From positions 1 to 64,000 of IMG/VR virus record IMGVR_UViG_2795386114_000001: a stretch of 64,000 nt of DNA, one strand, 5' to 3'. Made by a program: the position numbers and the translations under genes. Source of the stretch: a virus. Lineage: Duplodnaviria; Caudoviricetes. The notes under the pieces were generated by a model. It was not told the DNA's origin and made no database searches. It saw only the letters and a list, made by a program, of their open reading frames with translations. Below are positions 62,145 to 64,000 of the stretch, one piece after another (the first letter of the stretch is position 1; each line of letters starts with the position of its first letter).

Positions 62145-63998
62145 TCAGGCGTTGTCGTCCGGGACGCGGCCGAGGCCGACACGGACGTTCTTGCCCTCAG
62201 TGACACGGTGGATCTTCCCTGCGGCTTCCAGCTTCTTCAGGGTGTTGGCGAAGGTCGACTCCTTCAGGCCGGTGGCTGCGAGGAGTTCGGGCCGCTCCAC
62301 GTAGAGGATGTCGAAGTCCCCGGGCTGGATGTCGTCGGATCCGTCGAGGTATTCGAGGTGGAGGGGGTCGGCGTCGCCGCGGAGCGCGTCGAGGACTTTG
62401 TCCTCGGCGGTGAGCTCCCTGCGCGCGGGCAGGTCGATTCCGGATGCGATGACTGGTCCGCTGTCGTCGTCTGCGTCGCTGGAACCGCTCTTCTCGAACC
62501 CTGCGATCGGCGTGTTCGCCAGTTCCTCCAGGTAGGCGTCCGACCAGTCGGGGAAGTCTTCGGGGAGAGCGACCTGGTCGGGCTGGATGTGGGGGGTTGC
62601 GTCTTCGAGGGTGTCGATGCGCATCATGCCGGGGTCGCCGCCGGGGGTGGCGAGGTAGCCGAGTCCGAAGGTTCGTGACGGGTCGTCCTCGGGGATCTCG
62701 GGATCGTAGATGAGGGATTCGTCTGCCGTGTTCCACACGGCGGGGATCATCGCCGGGTCGATGCCTTCGAAGCCTGGGGGGAGGTCGCCGAGGTTGGTCT
62801 GGCCGGAGTCGGTGCGCAGGATCAGCCAGGCGCCGCCCTGGATGAGGTTGGCGCGGATGGCCTGTTCTCCGCCGAGCTGGTCCAGGTTGACGGTCTGGTT
62901 GATCAGGGCCCAGGGCATGCCAAGGGAGCGTCCGAGGGAGGCGCCGGCCTTGGTAATGAAGACGGCTTCCTTCCGGTCGGGTGCGCCGGGGCCGAGGACT
63001 TGGGCGGCTTCGTCGAGGACGGTGGGCGCCCAGGGCCGCATCTTGGAGGCGGTGAAGTTCTTCAGCTCGTACTTGGCGGCTTCGTTCTTGCGGTGCATGA
63101 GGAGGGCGTAGGAGATGCGGAGGGTGCCGAGGGCGCCGTACTGGGAGAGGCCGGAGTAGGCGGCCATCTTGGGGATGGAGGGGTTGCTGGCGCCCTTGGG
63201 GTCGGCGTAGAGGATGGCGGCGCCGTTGGCGTGGTAGCCAAGGCAGATGAGCTGTGCGGCGCCGCCCTTGCCGGAGCCGGTGGTGCCCGCGATGACGATG
63301 TGGAGGGCGCCCAGCTTGGGGTCGTACATCTGGAACATGGCCGGCTTGCCGGAGACGGCGCCGCCGATACGGAAGCGCCCGCCGGCGGTTGCCTTCAGGG
63401 AGTCGAGGCCGCGGAAGGTGTAGCCCTTCTCGAGGGGGTTCTCCTTCATCATGCGGATCTTGGCTTTGCGGGGGTTGTTCGCGATCGGTTCGTACGACAC
63501 GAGGAGGGGGGAGGTGCGCAGCGCCCCGGCGAGTTCCATGCGGTTGGGGGCGCGCAGGACGTCGAGGTCGTCGTCGGCGACGATGTAGGCGGCCTGGCCG
63601 CCGGTGTGGGGGTCGTCGGTGATGTTCTCCAGGTGGGTTTTCTCCATGAGGCCGCCGCGGCGGGCGACGTACTTCTTCCAGGCCCCGGCGAGGGTGGTGG
63701 GGTCGAGTTCGGCGGGCTTCTTGAGGGCGACGGTGATGCGGGCTTCGCCTGCGTGGTCGCCGTGGTTGATGTGGATCCAGGCGGGGTCGGTGCGGTAGAC
63801 GCTGGAGACGGCTTCTTTGGTGACGGTGACGGAGGCGCCGGCGGGGGCGATGATCCGGCCGGTCCAGCGGTCGGCGTAGACGAGGACGTCGGTGAGGACC
63901 TGGTGGCGGTGGAAGCCGGTGTCGGGGTGGGAGATGTGGCGTTCCCAGGCGGCGAGGATCTGGTCGGCGAGGGTGATGGGGGCGGCGGGAGCGTGATT
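62145..63998 (-). CDS. traB: TraB/FtsK-SpoIIIE-type conjugative DNA translocase (5' end beyond the window)
   Basis: IAGTTGSGKG Walker A, ADPKG, VLDEA Walker B, GRSLGM, C-terminal wHTH; frame open to the window edge. Confidence 0.85.
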   Translation of the reverse strand, partial: NHAPAAPITLADQILAAWERHISHPDTGFHRHQVLTDVLVYADRWTGRIIAPAGASVTVTKEAVSSVYRTDPAWIHINHGDHAGEARITVALKKPAELDPTTLAGAWKKYVARRGGLMEKTHLENITDDPHTGGQAAYIVADDDLDVLRAPNRMELAGALRTSPLLVSYEPIANNPRKAKIRMMKENPLEKGYTFRGLDSLKATAGGRFRIGGAVSGKPAMFQMYDPKLGALHIVIAGTTGSGKGGAAQLICLGYHANGAAILYADPKGASNPSIPKMAAYSGLSQYGALGTLRISYALLMHRKNEAAKYELKNFTASKMRPWAPTVLDEAAQVLGPGAPDRKEAVFITKAGASLGRSLGMPWALINQTVNLDQLGGEQAIRANLIQGGAWLILRTDSGQTNLGDLPPGFEGIDPAMIPAVWNTADESLIYDPEIPEDDPSRTFGLGYLATPGGDPGMMRIDTLEDATPHIQPDQVALPEDFPDWSDAYLEELANTPIAGFEKSGSSDADDDSGPVIASGIDLPARRELTAEDKVLDALRGDADPLHLEYLDGSDDIQPGDFDILYVERPELLAATGLKESTFANTLKKLEAAGKIHRVTEGKNVRVGLGRVPDDNA

Positions 63999-64000
63999 GA

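Larger units (their letters stand above)
1..64000. mobile_element. Plasmid-phage (temperate siphophage with ParAB, Rep, Cre-like resolvase and TraB-type conjugation); both ends extend beyond the window
   Basis: Complete, ordered siphovirus morphogenesis and lysis module together with plasmid partition, replication and transfer genes; no host housekeeping genes seen. Confidence 0.9.

Noticed and set aside
1-64000. CRISPR arrays, tRNA/rRNA genes, IS elements, reverse transcriptase/DGR
   Set aside because: By eye I found no regularly spaced repeats, cloverleaf, transposase or RT motifs; a computational scan could still find weak cases.

Overview
The whole window is a GC-rich, actinomycete-type (most likely Streptomyces) temperate siphophage that also carries plasmid functions, i.e. 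a conjugative plasmid-phage resembling the described Streptomyces pZL12-type elements. Almost all real genes are on the minus strand. From right to left: a partial TraB/FtsK-type DNA translocase, a lipoprotein, terminase, portal, scaffold, head decoration, major capsid, neck, tail, tape measure and baseplate genes, a lysis cassette with a papain-like peptidase, and a collagen-repeat/polysaccharide-deacetylase fibre. Next comes an accessory region with many small, apparently leaderless genes, a Cre-like recombinase and a catalytically degenerate recombinase. A divergent 4xRHH-like regulator / stand-alone WYL pair follows, then an early/replication arm (Rad52-type annealase, two WhiB proteins, C5 methyltransferase, Rep, DciA, ParA/ParB, DUF5131, RusA). 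The most interesting signals are cis-elements read directly from the sequence: (i) three covarying GGAC-stem-ACAACA-stem hairpins in late-gene leaders; (ii) an AGGCGCGGGGCC leader motif before terS, portal and scaffold; (iii) three CATTGC-N3-GCAATG operator-promoters around the RHH/WYL switch; (iv) a hidden type I toxin-antitoxin-like cassette between terL and portal; (v) parS-like, DnaA-box and lox-like sites. All family assignments are by-eye motif recognition; no database search was run, and start codons are my best estimates.
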